Shown: positions 26,559-36,204, counted from the stretch's first letter. The stretch is 64,000 bases of DNA from an uncultured Planctomycetia bacterium (GCA_964431495.1 CAYSJU010000001.1:31574-95573); one strand, 5' to 3'. Notes: generated by a model not told the origin, from the letters alone. Translations and numbers: made by a program.

Positions 26559-27374
26559 ATGAAGTTATTATTTATTAAGATAATAGTGATAGCTGCTTTT
26601 TCTGCTTCATCCTGTGCTTTTGCTCAGGAAGATGTCCTGGACGAACTCAATGCGAAAGCAGTGAAGCTCTACAAGGAGGGGAAATATGAAGATGCGATCG
26701 TCACGGCTAAAAATGCCATGGAGATCACAAAAGAGAGATACGGGCCGGAGAGCCCTGATGTATCGGCATCCTTGAATAATCTTGCGATTATTTACCAGGC
26801 TGCCGGCAGGTTTGATAAGGCCGAGGACCTTTTGAAACAGGCCCTGTCAATAGATGAGAAGATATTCGGTAAAAAGGACGTCACTATAACCAGGGTCCTT
26901 GATAACATGGTCGTCTCATATTATATGCAGGATAAATACGGCGAGGCAGAGCGTTTCTGTGAAAGGTCTCTGAAATTGAAAGAAAAATTTCTTGGAAAGG
27001 ACGCTTTGCCGTGCTCAGCATCTCTTTATATGCTGTCGAATCTTTACTTGCTGCAGAAGAAATATGAAAAAGCGGCCCGGGCATATGAACGCTTGCTGGG
27101 CATATTGGAAAAAGAGCTCGGCCCGGAGCATTCTAATATCGGACAGATCCTGTATGAATATGGAGGGGTGCGTAAGGCTCAGGAGAGATATCCGGAAGCG
27201 CTTACTTTTTATGGCCGCGCCGTTAAAATAATCGAAAAGGCGAATGGCATGGACCACCCATCTTTAGCTGTCGTCCTCGATGACATGGCAGAGGCTCATA
27301 AAAGAACAGGTGATGAGGAATCGGCAAAAAAGGCCGAAGAGCGCGCCGAACAGATCCGTCTCAAAGATCAGTAA
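26559..27374 (+). CDS. Secreted tetratricopeptide-repeat protein (kinesin-light-chain-like TPR_10/12 type)
   Basis: Signal peptide MKLLFIKIIVIAAFSASSCAFAQ. About 42-aa repeats of the form YG.E.PDVA.SLNNLA.IY...G.Y..AE.L...AL.I.EK..G. The ATG at 26559 is preferred over the TTG at 26538. Confidence 0.8.
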   Translation: MKLLFIKIIVIAAFSASSCAFAQEDVLDELNAKAVKLYKEGKYEDAIVTAKNAMEITKERYGPESPDVSASLNNLAIIYQAAGRFDKAEDLLKQALSIDEKIFGKKDVTITRVLDNMVVSYYMQDKYGEAERFCERSLKLKEKFLGKDALPCSASLYMLSNLYLLQKKYEKAARAYERLLGILEKELGPEHSNIGQILYEYGGVRKAQERYPEALTFYGRAVKIIEKANGMDHPSLAVVLDDMAEAHKRTGDEESAKKAEERAEQIRLKDQ

Positions 27375-27383
27375 AGTACCCGC

Positions 27384-28085
27384 ATGGATACAAGAATACC
27401 AGCAGGAATAATAATCGTTTTACTCTTGTCAGTATCGGTGACATTGCCTGTAAGCATTTGTAAGGCCTGGGCTTCTACGGGGGAGACCGGGATCATAGAC
27501 GAAGAAAAGGCCCTGAAGAAAACACTGTATGTCGACAAAGGAGATTATATCGCCGCTACCCGGCTGGGGGAGATATGCTGGGAAAAAGGGAAGAGGAAAG
27601 AGGCGATAAGGTTTTTCAGGAAAGCGGCCAAGATAAATCCGGAGTATCCACAGCCTTATTTTTTCATCGGAAGGGCTTATTTTTTCGAGAAAAAACCCTG
27701 GAAGGGGATGGAACAGTTCAGGACATTTGAGAAGAAAATGGATGTCCTTGTCTCCATGGATGAGAGCCTGGAGGATTTTTATGTGTCATGCCTGCACAAG
27801 ATGAACTATATGTACTTGACCACGAAAAAATATAATGACCTCATGATAGGATACAGAAAGATCGTTGAACTGAAGCCCGACGACCAGAGGGCCCATTATA
27901 ATTTAGCCGTGTGCTATTATAACTATTACCATAACCGCGCGTTCGCGTATAAAGAACTGCAGAAGGCCATAGAGATCGATACCAACAGACACCTGACGAA
28001 TAAGGCCGAATTCTTTATTGATTACATGCGAAAAAATCCGGACACCCGCTATACAGAGGACATCTCCTTCATCGAAGGAGAATAA
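27384..28085 (+). CDS. Secreted TPR-like protein
   Basis: N-terminal hydrophobic signal (IPAGIIIVLLLSVSVTLPVSICKAWA). TPR-like helices include AIRFFRKAAKINPEYPQPYFFIGRAYF and YRKIVELKPDDQRAHYNLAVCYY. Confidence 0.75.
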   Translation: MDTRIPAGIIIVLLLSVSVTLPVSICKAWASTGETGIIDEEKALKKTLYVDKGDYIAATRLGEICWEKGKRKEAIRFFRKAAKINPEYPQPYFFIGRAYFFEKKPWKGMEQFRTFEKKMDVLVSMDESLEDFYVSCLHKMNYMYLTTKKYNDLMIGYRKIVELKPDDQRAHYNLAVCYYNYYHNRAFAYKELQKAIEIDTNRHLTNKAEFFIDYMRKNPDTRYTEDISFIEGE

Positions 28086-28091
28086 CCCTTA

Positions 28092-28120
28092 CCTACTTCC
28101 ACCTACGAGGTGGAAGTAGG
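28092..28120. repeat. REP-type hairpin (12-bp stem, TACGA loop)
   Basis: CCTACTTCCACC-TACGA-GGTGGAAGTAGG is a perfect palindrome. It contains the 17-nt core TCCACCTACGAGGTGGA. Confidence 0.85.
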
Positions 28121-28196
28121 GTATTAACCAGAAAATTCCCCCAAAAACTGAAAGAAAATCTCCACTTTTTGTGTCTTTAATTTTAGAACCAATATC

Positions 28197-28213
28197 TCCA
28201 CCTACGAGGTGGA
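28197..28213. repeat. REP core copy 2
   Basis: Exact TCCACCTACGAGGTGGA, 55 nt upstream of the RAYT start codon. Confidence 0.85.
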
Positions 28214-28268
28214 AACATTTTCGGTTTAAAAATTAAAATAAATCAACATCAAAGCAGGTGTGAACAGT

Positions 28269-28931
28269 ATGGGAAAAAATAGAATAGTTCCATTAGTCGA
28301 GGGAGAAGCTTATCATATCTTTTCTAAAAGTATTTATGGGTTTAAAGTATTTAGGCGCAATGAAGAGTATGAAAGAATGGCAGACTTGTTTAGATATTAT
28401 AAAAAGACAAACCTTAGATTAAAATTCTCCGCTTTTCTAAAAATAAAAGGCCAAAAAGATTTTCATCAAGGATGTTTAGTTGAAAGAGGCGATTTAGTCG
28501 AGATAATCGCTTATTGTATTATGCCAACACACATTCATTTAATCTTAAAACAGGTAAAAGAGAGGGGGGTTTCAATCTTTATGAGCAGGATACTTAATAG
28601 TTATACCCGCTATTTTAATATTAAAATAAATAGGAAAGGTCCTTTATGGGAGAGCAGATTTAAGAATGTTATCTTGGAGAACGACGAACAGATGATGCAT
28701 TTGACCAGGTATGTTCATCTAAACCCGGTGACTGCAAATTTAGTGAATAAGCCTGAGCAATGGAAATTCTCTTCCTATAAGGAGTTCTTGGGAGAGATGA
28801 AAGATAGGGAAAGGATATGCAATTTTTCTAGTCTGATCAATATTGGTTCTACTAATTATAGAGAGTTTACAGAGTCCAGAATAGATTACCAGCGAGAATT
28901 AGCCAGAATCAAGTCGCTATTTTTGGAATAG
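28269..28931 (+). CDS. REP-associated tyrosine transposase (RAYT; IS200/IS605-like Y1 HUH transposase family)
   Basis: HUH motif in IMPTHIHLIL. Catalytic Tyr motif in LTRYVHLNPVTANLV. Flanked by identical REP hairpins. The ATG at 28269 is preceded by AGGTG; a GTG at 28260 is an alternative start. Confidence 0.85.
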   Translation: MGKNRIVPLVEGEAYHIFSKSIYGFKVFRRNEEYERMADLFRYYKKTNLRLKFSAFLKIKGQKDFHQGCLVERGDLVEIIAYCIMPTHIHLILKQVKERGVSIFMSRILNSYTRYFNIKINRKGPLWESRFKNVILENDEQMMHLTRYVHLNPVTANLVNKPEQWKFSSYKEFLGEMKDRERICNFSSLINIGSTNYREFTESRIDYQRELARIKSLFLE

Positions 28932-28939
28932 AACCTTGT

Positions 28940-28956
28940 TCCACCTACGAGGTGGA
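28940..28956. repeat. REP core copy 3
   Basis: Exact TCCACCTACGAGGTGGA, 9 nt after the RAYT stop codon. Confidence 0.85.
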
Positions 28957-29065
28957 TGCGGGTTAGGGTGATATGAGGAAATCGGTTGAAAAGAGAGCGG
29001 ATTAGTGTATAATACACACAGTTTTGATGGAATTATCCAATTAAAAGAGAGCGGGGAGAGAATAT

Positions 29066-29251
29066 ATGCCAGGACCACGTAAAAAATACAGAGATAGGCC
29101 ACAAAAGGTAGGCGCTAAAAAGAAGCAAAGGATAAAGGCCCAGAGGAAGAGGCTGTTAGCCGCCGGGCTGGAAGCAGGGCATGTGGACAAGTTGACCGGC
29201 GCGCGGATAAGAGAAGAGCTTAAAAAGATCAGCAAGAAGAAAAGTGCCTGA
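29066..29251 (+). CDS. Small, highly basic hypothetical protein (61 aa)
   Basis: GGGGAG lies 7-8 nt upstream of the ATG. The protein is Lys/Arg-rich (MPGPRKKYRDRPQKVGAKKKQRIKAQRKRLL...). Its 3' end overlaps the GTG start of glgP by 8 nt. Confidence 0.5.
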   Translation: MPGPRKKYRDRPQKVGAKKKQRIKAQRKRLLAAGLEAGHVDKLTGARIREELKKISKKKSA

Positions 29252-31688
29252 TATAGACAACGACCATTTAGATGAAGCGGCCATAGAGAGCCTGAAGAAG
29301 GACTTCATACATAACCGCAAATACGCCCTGGCCAAGGACCATTATACGGCCACCGCATATGATAACTTTGACGCCATGGCGCTCTCGATCAGGGACAGGC
29401 TGATCTCCCGGTGGATACTGACCCAACAGAGATATCACGATGAGAACTGTAAAAGGGTCTATTATCTGTCCATGGAATTCCTCATAGGCCGCCTTTTAGC
29501 GAACAATATCCTGAATCTGGGGTTATCCGAAGAGTGCGATAGGGCTGTTTCCGAACTGGGGCTGAACGTGGAAGACCTGTATGAACAGGAAACGGACGCG
29601 GGGCTGGGTAACGGCGGTCTTGGCAGGCTCGCGGCGTGCTTCCTGGATTCCATGGCTACTCTGGGTATCCCCGCGACCGGCTACGGCATAAGGTATGATT
29701 ACGGCATCTTCAGACAGAAGATAGTGGACGGCTGCCAGGTCGAGCTCCCGGAAGAATGGCTTCTTCTCGGGAACCCCTGGGAGTTCGAGAGGCATGAATA
29801 TACCCTGAGGATCAAGTTCTACGGCAAAACCGTCAGGCCCGAGGACGGGGATGGAAATCCGAAACTGGAATGGGTGGATACCGACGACGTCCTCGCTGTC
29901 GCGTATGACATTCCCGTCCCAGGTTACAGGAACGATGTCGTGAACAATCTGAGACTGTGGTCCGCGCGCAGCACGGAAGAATTCGACCTGGAATTTTTCA
30001 ACGACGGGGATTACGTAAAGGCGTGCGAAAAGAAGATAATGTCCGAGAACATATCGCGCGTGCTTTATCCCAGCGACAACCAGTATCAGGGACGCGAACT
30101 TCGCCTGAAACAGGAATATTTTTTCACGTCAGCTTCAATACAGGACATAATCCGCAGGTTCAAGATGCATAACACGGATTTCAAGACCTTTCCGGATAAG
30201 ACCGTTATCCAGCTGAACGATACCCATCCCGCCGTGGCTATATTAGAGCTTATGCGTATATTGATGGACGAGGATGGCCTTGACTGGGACACAGCCTGGG
30301 ATATAACGGTAAAGACCTTTGCTTATACAAATCATACCATGATGCCCGAAGCGCTCGAATCCTGGCCCTTGTCCCTTTTTGAGAGACTATTGCCCAGGCA
30401 CATGGAAATAATCTACGAGATCAACACGCGTTTCCTCAAAGAGGTCTCCGACCGGTATCCGGGCGATCCGCGGAAAATGAAGGACATGTCTTTGATAGAA
30501 GAAAGCGGCGAGAGAAGAGTAAGGATGAGCCATCTGTGCATTGTGGGGAGCCATTCGGTGAACGGCGTCTCAAAACTGCACACAGAGCTTTTAAAGACGA
30601 CGCTTTTCAGGGATTTTTACGAGTTTTACCCCGACAGGTTCAATTCCAAGACCAACGGCATAACGCAGCGAAGGTGGCTGAAAAAAGCGAATCCGCGTTT
30701 ATCCGGGCTTATAACCGGGACCATAGGGGATGAGTGGGTGAGGGACCTTAACGGGATCAAAAAAATAGCCGATTACGCGGATGACGCGTCCTTCAGGGAC
30801 AGATGGCGCGGCATAAAAAGGGAGAACAAAGCGCAGCTGGCGGACTATATCAAGGATACCACAGGCATTATCGCGGACGTCGATTCCATATTTGACGTCC
30901 AGGTCAAAAGGATACACGAATATAAAAGACAGGTCCTGTTCGCGCTCTATCTGGTCTCCCACTACGCGAATATAAAGAACGATCCCGGGAAGGACTGGAT
31001 CCCCAGAACGGCGATAATCGGAGGCAAGGCAGCCCCTGGATACGTGAGGGCCAAACTTATAATCAAATTCATAAACAATATAGCGAACGTGATAAACAGC
31101 GATCCTCAAGTGAACGATAAATTGAAAGTGGTGTTCCTGGAAAACTACAATGTTTCACTCGCGGAGAAAATATTTCCGGCAAGCGACCTCTCGGAGCAGA
31201 TATCCACCGCCGGAAGAGAGGCTTCCGGCACCGGTAATATGAAGTTCATGCTCAACGGCGCCCTTACCATAGGCACCCTTGACGGGGCGAACATAGAGAT
31301 AGCGGAAGAAGTGGGCCGGGAGAATATCTTCATATTCGGTCTGAAGGCGCATGAGATCGCGGAAATGAAGAAGAAAGGGTATGATCCGCGCAAATATCTG
31401 GAGAAAAACCCTCTTTTATCCGAGGTGATCGGCCTGGTGCAGGATAACTTTTTTTCGCGTCACGAGACCGACATATTCGAGCCCCTTATTACATCGCTTA
31501 TCGAGCGGGATGAATTCATGGTGTTCGCGGATTTCCAGGATTATGCGCTTACCCAGGATATAGTCTCGCAGGCGTATCGGGACAGGACGGGATGGACGAA
31601 GAAATCTATAATAAACACCGCGAGCGCCGGCAGGTTTTCAAGCGACAGGACTATTTCGGAGTACGCGAAGGAAATATGGAAGGTATAG
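29244..31688 (+). CDS. glgP: Glycogen/maltodextrin phosphorylase (GT35)
   Basis: PLP-lysine motif EASGTGNMKFMLNGALTIGTLDGANIE. Other family motifs: GLGNGGLGRLAACFLDS, RIHEYKRQ, GGKAAPGY. Length 814 aa, GTG start. Confidence 0.95.
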   Translation: MPDIDNDHLDEAAIESLKKDFIHNRKYALAKDHYTATAYDNFDAMALSIRDRLISRWILTQQRYHDENCKRVYYLSMEFLIGRLLANNILNLGLSEECDRAVSELGLNVEDLYEQETDAGLGNGGLGRLAACFLDSMATLGIPATGYGIRYDYGIFRQKIVDGCQVELPEEWLLLGNPWEFERHEYTLRIKFYGKTVRPEDGDGNPKLEWVDTDDVLAVAYDIPVPGYRNDVVNNLRLWSARSTEEFDLEFFNDGDYVKACEKKIMSENISRVLYPSDNQYQGRELRLKQEYFFTSASIQDIIRRFKMHNTDFKTFPDKTVIQLNDTHPAVAILELMRILMDEDGLDWDTAWDITVKTFAYTNHTMMPEALESWPLSLFERLLPRHMEIIYEINTRFLKEVSDRYPGDPRKMKDMSLIEESGERRVRMSHLCIVGSHSVNGVSKLHTELLKTTLFRDFYEFYPDRFNSKTNGITQRRWLKKANPRLSGLITGTIGDEWVRDLNGIKKIADYADDASFRDRWRGIKRENKAQLADYIKDTTGIIADVDSIFDVQVKRIHEYKRQVLFALYLVSHYANIKNDPGKDWIPRTAIIGGKAAPGYVRAKLIIKFINNIANVINSDPQVNDKLKVVFLENYNVSLAEKIFPASDLSEQISTAGREASGTGNMKFMLNGALTIGTLDGANIEIAEEVGRENIFIFGLKAHEIAEMKKKGYDPRKYLEKNPLLSEVIGLVQDNFFSRHETDIFEPLITSLIERDEFMVFADFQDYALTQDIVSQAYRDRTGWTKKSIINTASAGRFSSDRTISEYAKEIWKV

Positions 31689-31717
31689 AAGTTTCGATTA
31701 AAAATGAAAAGTGAAAA

Positions 31718-32167
31718 ATGAATAAAGGGATCAGGGTTTTCGGCACATTACTTATAATTTACGGGGTCTATAACCTGATAGGAATAGGCAACTACAGGCA
31801 GTTCGCGATAATGTTCAAAGGCTTGCCTCCAGTTATGACCATCGGAGTTTATGCGTTCTCGATCTTTTACGGGATCTGCGCTCTTTACTGCGGGGCCCGC
31901 ATATTGAAGCTTGAAGACTGGGCCAGGAAGGTCATGGTCGGCCTTACCTCAATAAGCGTCGTTTTAGGATTTATATTTAACAGGACCGTGATGACCAACT
32001 TCAGGGATTATCTTTTGTCCCAGGCAGTGAACGTTCCGCCGGAACTCGTCGGACCCGTTTACAGGTACATGATGGTTTTTACCGTTCTGGTCACAATATT
32101 TGAATTATCCGTTATAGTTTTCTTCACCCGCCATAATGTTGTCAGCCAGTTCATGCGGAAGCAGTGA
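31718..32167 (+). CDS. Integral membrane protein, about 4 TM helices, unknown function
   Basis: Four hydrophobic stretches are visible. No recognisable motif. Confidence 0.6.
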   Translation: MNKGIRVFGTLLIIYGVYNLIGIGNYRQFAIMFKGLPPVMTIGVYAFSIFYGICALYCGARILKLEDWARKVMVGLTSISVVLGFIFNRTVMTNFRDYLLSQAVNVPPELVGPVYRYMMVFTVLVTIFELSVIVFFTRHNVVSQFMRKQ

Positions 32168-32176
32168 CCGCGTACC

Positions 32177-34204
32177 ATGAAAAAATACGTATTACATGAA
32201 AATACCGGCAAGGTAGAGACGCACATAGATTTCAAGGGGAACTTGAACCGGGAGCAGTACGAAGTCGCGACAGGCGCGGAAGGCCCATGCCTGGTCCTCG
32301 CCGGCGCGGGCAGCGGCAAGACCCGCACCCTGATATACCGTCTGGCGTTCCTGCTGGAACGCGGGGTCCCCCCGCAGAACATCCTTCTTATGACTTTTAC
32401 GAACAAAGCGGCCCGCGAGATGCGGGACCGGGCCGAGATGCTGCTCAAGTATACTCCAAAGGGGCTATGGAGCGGGACCTTCCATCATATTGGGAACAGG
32501 ACATTGCGCATGTTCGCGCCAGAGGTGGGGTTCAAAAGGGATTACGGCATACTTGATGAACGGGATTCCAGGGACCTTATAAAGTCCTGCATGAAGAAGC
32601 AGAATAACAGCGACAGCCGGGAAAGGTTCCCTAAACCGTCCGTTGTCCAGTCCATAATAAGCTTCTCGGTCAATACTAACAAGACGGTAGAGGATGTGAT
32701 CTCCGAAAGATATCCTTATTTTATGAAGTTCTCCGGCGAGATGGAAGGTATAAAAGAGCTGTATGATAAGAAGAAGAAGAGTTCGAACAGCATGGATTAC
32801 GACGATCTCCTCGTGAAATGGAGATGGGTCCTGGAGAACGTTCCCGCTGCCCGCAAACGCTTTACCGAAAAGATGCGCTACATAATGGTGGATGAATATC
32901 AGGACACCAATCACATACAGGCGGACATAGTGGATATACTGGCGAGTTTCCACCGTAACGTCCTGGTCGTCGGGGACGACGCCCAGTCCATCTATTCATT
33001 CCGGGGCGCACGCGTGGAAAACATCCTTACCTTCCCCGAAAGGTTCGATGATACCAGGATATTCAGGATCGAGACCAATTACCGGTCCACGCCGGAAATA
33101 CTTCATCTTGCCAATGATTCCCTGCAGAATAATGATAACCAGTTCAACAAGGAACTGCGCGCGGTAAATCCATGCATGAAAAAACCCGCGCTCGTGGAAA
33201 CGAAAGACCTCTACGCCCAGGCGTCGTTTGTCGCGCAAAGAGTGCTGGAGATGAGGGGAGAAGGGGTCGAGATGAAGAATATCGCCGTTCTATTCAGGGC
33301 CCACTACCAGTCAGCCGAGCTTGAAATGGAGCTTGTTAAAAGGGGCATTCCCTATATTGTCCGCGGTGGCATCCGTTTCTTTGAACAGGCGCACATCAAG
33401 GACGTCCTGTCATATCTTAAATTAACGGTCAACCCCACGGATGAGATATCGTGGATCCGGGCTCTGACGCTTTGCCCGGGCATCGGTCCCGGATATGCCA
33501 ACAGGATATACGAGCATTTCCGGAAAGGCGGCGCTGATCTCGCCCGGTTTTTAAAGAGCGATATTTCCAGGATCGTTCCGAAAAAGGTCCGGAGCGGGTA
33601 TGCCTGGTTCCTGAAGATAATGAACGCGGTAAGCGGCCTTAAAAGTGGCAAGGCCCCGGGTAACATGATAAGCGCCGTTATGGAAGCAGGATATGAAACA
33701 CATATACTGGCGAATTTCGAGAACGCGAAGGACCGGATCGATGATATCCATGAGCTTATCAATTTTTCGCATGATTACGCTTCGGCCAGGGATTTTTTGA
33801 GCGACATCACGTTGAGGGAAAGCTTCAAGGGAGAGACAGTCGCGGACGCGGAAGACGAGGACGAACACCTCGTGATCTCGACCATACATCAGGCAAAGGG
33901 CCTGGAATGGGACGCTGTTATGGTCATAGGTCTTTGCGAGGGGCAGTTCCCGCATCCGAAGGCCATGGCCGGCAGCTCTGAAATAGAGGAAGAGCGCAGG
34001 CTTTTTTACGTGGCGGCAACGCGTGCCAGGAAATATCTGTATCTTGTCCATCCAGCTACGAGATACGACTACCAGATGGGCACGGTAATCGCGAGGCGCA
34101 GCCGTTTTCTTGAAGAACTTTCGGATGAGGATTACGAGGTCTGGGAAGTGTCGGGAGGCACCTGGCCCGGTGCTGATGATAAAGAGGCGGTCATTGAGCT
34201 GTAA
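32177..34204 (+). CDS. UvrD/PcrA/Rep-family ATP-dependent DNA helicase (SF1)
   Basis: Walker A AGAGSGKTRTL; motif II VDEYQDTN; motifs GDDAQSIYSFRGA, NYRS, TIHQAKGLEWDAV and RLFYVAATRA. Confidence 0.93.
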   Translation: MKKYVLHENTGKVETHIDFKGNLNREQYEVATGAEGPCLVLAGAGSGKTRTLIYRLAFLLERGVPPQNILLMTFTNKAAREMRDRAEMLLKYTPKGLWSGTFHHIGNRTLRMFAPEVGFKRDYGILDERDSRDLIKSCMKKQNNSDSRERFPKPSVVQSIISFSVNTNKTVEDVISERYPYFMKFSGEMEGIKELYDKKKKSSNSMDYDDLLVKWRWVLENVPAARKRFTEKMRYIMVDEYQDTNHIQADIVDILASFHRNVLVVGDDAQSIYSFRGARVENILTFPERFDDTRIFRIETNYRSTPEILHLANDSLQNNDNQFNKELRAVNPCMKKPALVETKDLYAQASFVAQRVLEMRGEGVEMKNIAVLFRAHYQSAELEMELVKRGIPYIVRGGIRFFEQAHIKDVLSYLKLTVNPTDEISWIRALTLCPGIGPGYANRIYEHFRKGGADLARFLKSDISRIVPKKVRSGYAWFLKIMNAVSGLKSGKAPGNMISAVMEAGYETHILANFENAKDRIDDIHELINFSHDYASARDFLSDITLRESFKGETVADAEDEDEHLVISTIHQAKGLEWDAVMVIGLCEGQFPHPKAMAGSSEIEEERRLFYVAATRARKYLYLVHPATRYDYQMGTVIARRSRFLEELSDEDYEVWEVSGGTWPGADDKEAVIEL

Positions 34205-34231
34205 TATTTATAGGATCAGGAGCGCGTTCAA

Positions 34232-34660
34232 ATGGTCAGACAATTTTGCGCGGGAGGAGTGATAATAAAAAAGGAAAAGGGCCGGCCCAGGGTCCTGCTT
34301 ATCAAGGACAGTTACGGGCACTGGATCTGGCCGAAAGGCCATATTGAAAAGGGAGAAACGTCCGAGGAGGCGGCACTGCGCGAGATATCCGAGGAAACAG
34401 GCCTTAAAAAGATACGGATAGAGGAAAGACTCGGAAAACAGCAGTATTTTTTCACCCTGCAGGGGAAACGCATATTCAAAACAGTGCACATGTTCCTGGT
34501 AAAGGCGAACGCGAGGGAAAAACTCGTCATCCAGACGTCTGAAATAGAAAAGGGACGATGGTTCTGGGCAGGGGACGCGCTTAAAACGATAGAGTATAAA
34601 GGGTCAAAGGAGTTCCTGAAAAAAGGGATCAGGCTATTCCGGGGAAAGTATTGTCGATGA
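34232..34660 (+). CDS. Nudix hydrolase
   Basis: Nudix box GHIEKGETSEEAALREISEETGL. Confidence 0.9.
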   Translation: MVRQFCAGGVIIKKEKGRPRVLLIKDSYGHWIWPKGHIEKGETSEEAALREISEETGLKKIRIEERLGKQQYFFTLQGKRIFKTVHMFLVKANAREKLVIQTSEIEKGRWFWAGDALKTIEYKGSKEFLKKGIRLFRGKYCR

Positions 34661-34687
34661 CCACAGGAAGGCAGAGATGCTGATAAC

Positions 34688-35305
34688 ATGAGGAAGATAG
34701 GCGCTATATTTTTTGATCTGGGCAAGGTGATAATAAATTTCGACATGGGCATACTTGAAAAAGGGTATGAACCTTACGGCTATGTGCCCGATGGAAGATT
34801 GTTGGATTATATTCTGGAGTCGGACAATGGGGTAAAGTATATGCAGGGGGAGATCACTTCTTCCCAGTTCTACAACAAGACCCGCCGCTATTTCAAAATG
34901 AAAATAAAAACGGAAGAGTTTTACCGGATATGGAACAGCATATTTTCCCCTTACCCGGAGGTGGAAGGGATCGTAAGAAATATCAAGAAGAAGTATCCGG
35001 ATATCCCGCTTGCGCTCGTATCAGACACGAACGAATCTCATTACGGTTTTTTGAGAGAAAAGTATGAGGTTCTTGGGCTTTTTGACCACTATGTCCTGTC
35101 GCATGAGACTGGAAAGCTAAAGCCCCACCCGGACGTTTACAAGCAAGCCATGCGGCTTACCGGGACCCTGGCAAAGGATATTTTTTACACTGACGACCGC
35201 CCGGAGCTGATAAAGGCTGCAAGGGTGCTGGGCCTGCATGCGTTCCAGTTCACGGGACACGAAGCATTGCGGGAACAACTTGCCAGGTTTGGAGTGAACG
35301 CCTAA
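34688..35305 (+). CDS. HAD-superfamily hydrolase, subfamily IA (YihX-like sugar-phosphatase type)
   Basis: Motif I FFDLGKVI, motif II LVSDTN, motif III KPHPDVY, motif IV FYTDDRPE. Confidence 0.8.
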   Translation: MRKIGAIFFDLGKVIINFDMGILEKGYEPYGYVPDGRLLDYILESDNGVKYMQGEITSSQFYNKTRRYFKMKIKTEEFYRIWNSIFSPYPEVEGIVRNIKKKYPDIPLALVSDTNESHYGFLREKYEVLGLFDHYVLSHETGKLKPHPDVYKQAMRLTGTLAKDIFYTDDRPELIKAARVLGLHAFQFTGHEALREQLARFGVNA

Positions 35306-36204
35306 TCCGAATACCCGATCTCCCTGAGCGCCTGCGGATCTTTCTTCCATTTCTCATACACCTTGACCCACAGGTCCAGATACACGTGGCGGGAAAGAAA
35401 CTTTTCGATCTCAATACGCGCCAGTTCTCCTATCTTTTTAAGTTTAGCCCCGTTTTTACCGATGATTATGGATTTCTGGGACGTGCGTTCCACGTATATG
35501 ATAGCGTGGATATTTAATACCTTGTTTTTCCCGTCCTCATCCACACTCTCTATGACCACTGCCACAGAGTGCGGAATTTCTTCATATGTTTCGGCTAACA
35601 CTTTTTCTCTTATTATCTCCTGTATCATGAACTGGTCGTCTTTATCTGTCAGTTGGTCTTCCGGGTAGAGGAAAGGGCCCTCCGGAAGGTAGGATTTTAT
35701 GATCTCCAGGAGCCTGTCCAGGTCAGTCCGGTCCAGGGCGCACATGGGGAAGATCTCGTCAAAGGGGTAGCTTTTCTTAGCCTCTTTAATAACAGGCAGC
35801 AGCAACTTTTTATTCCTGACCTTATCCGTTTTATTTATGATAAATATGACGGTTTTATCGCCTTTGGGACTCGGCAATCGGGATATGATGTTCTGGTCCT
35901 CTTTATTCAAGGCGAACTTCTTCTCTGTCATGAATAGTATGATATCTGATTCAAGGAGGGATGACTGCGCGCGGCTAAGCATGACCTTGCCCAAAAGATT
36001 GTGGGGTTTGTGGATCCCCGGCGTGTCCGTGAAAATGATCTGGCAGTCTTTCTGTGTCAGTATTCCGCGGATATTGTCGCGGGTAGTCTCAGGCTTTCTG
36101 CTGATTATAGCCACTTTTTCCTTCAAAACCCCGTTCAAAAGCGTGGATTTGCCGACATTTGGCTGTCCGGATATTGAGACAAAACCCGATCTTTTCATAG
36201 CCAT
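35302..36204 (-). CDS. era: GTPase Era
   Basis: G1 GQPNVGKSTLLN, G3 DTPG, G4 NKTD. C-terminal KH domain (SQKSIIIGKNGAKLKKIG). Start taken at MAMKRSGF. The ORF is open to 36258, but that extension adds non-conserved residues. Confidence 0.92.
   Translation of the reverse strand: MAMKRSGFVSISGQPNVGKSTLLNGVLKEKVAIISRKPETTRDNIRGILTQKDCQIIFTDTPGIHKPHNLLGKVMLSRAQSSLLESDIILFMTEKKFALNKEDQNIISRLPSPKGDKTVIFIINKTDKVRNKKLLLPVIKEAKKSYPFDEIFPMCALDRTDLDRLLEIIKSYLPEGPFLYPEDQLTDKDDQFMIQEIIREKVLAETYEEIPHSVAVVIESVDEDGKNKVLNIHAIIYVERTSQKSIIIGKNGAKLKKIGELARIEIEKFLSRHVYLDLWVKVYEKWKKDPQALREIGYSD

Noticed and set aside
28269-28931. An active IS200/IS605 insertion sequence
   Set aside because: There is no tnpB, no distinct left and right subterminal hairpin ends, and no target duplication. 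The flanking identical REP hairpins fit a domesticated RAYT instead.
29041-29235. 64-aa minus-strand ORF overlapping the small basic + strand ORF
   Set aside because: The + strand ORF has a good RBS and couples to glgP. The minus-strand ORF has no start context and is hydrophobic and low complexity.
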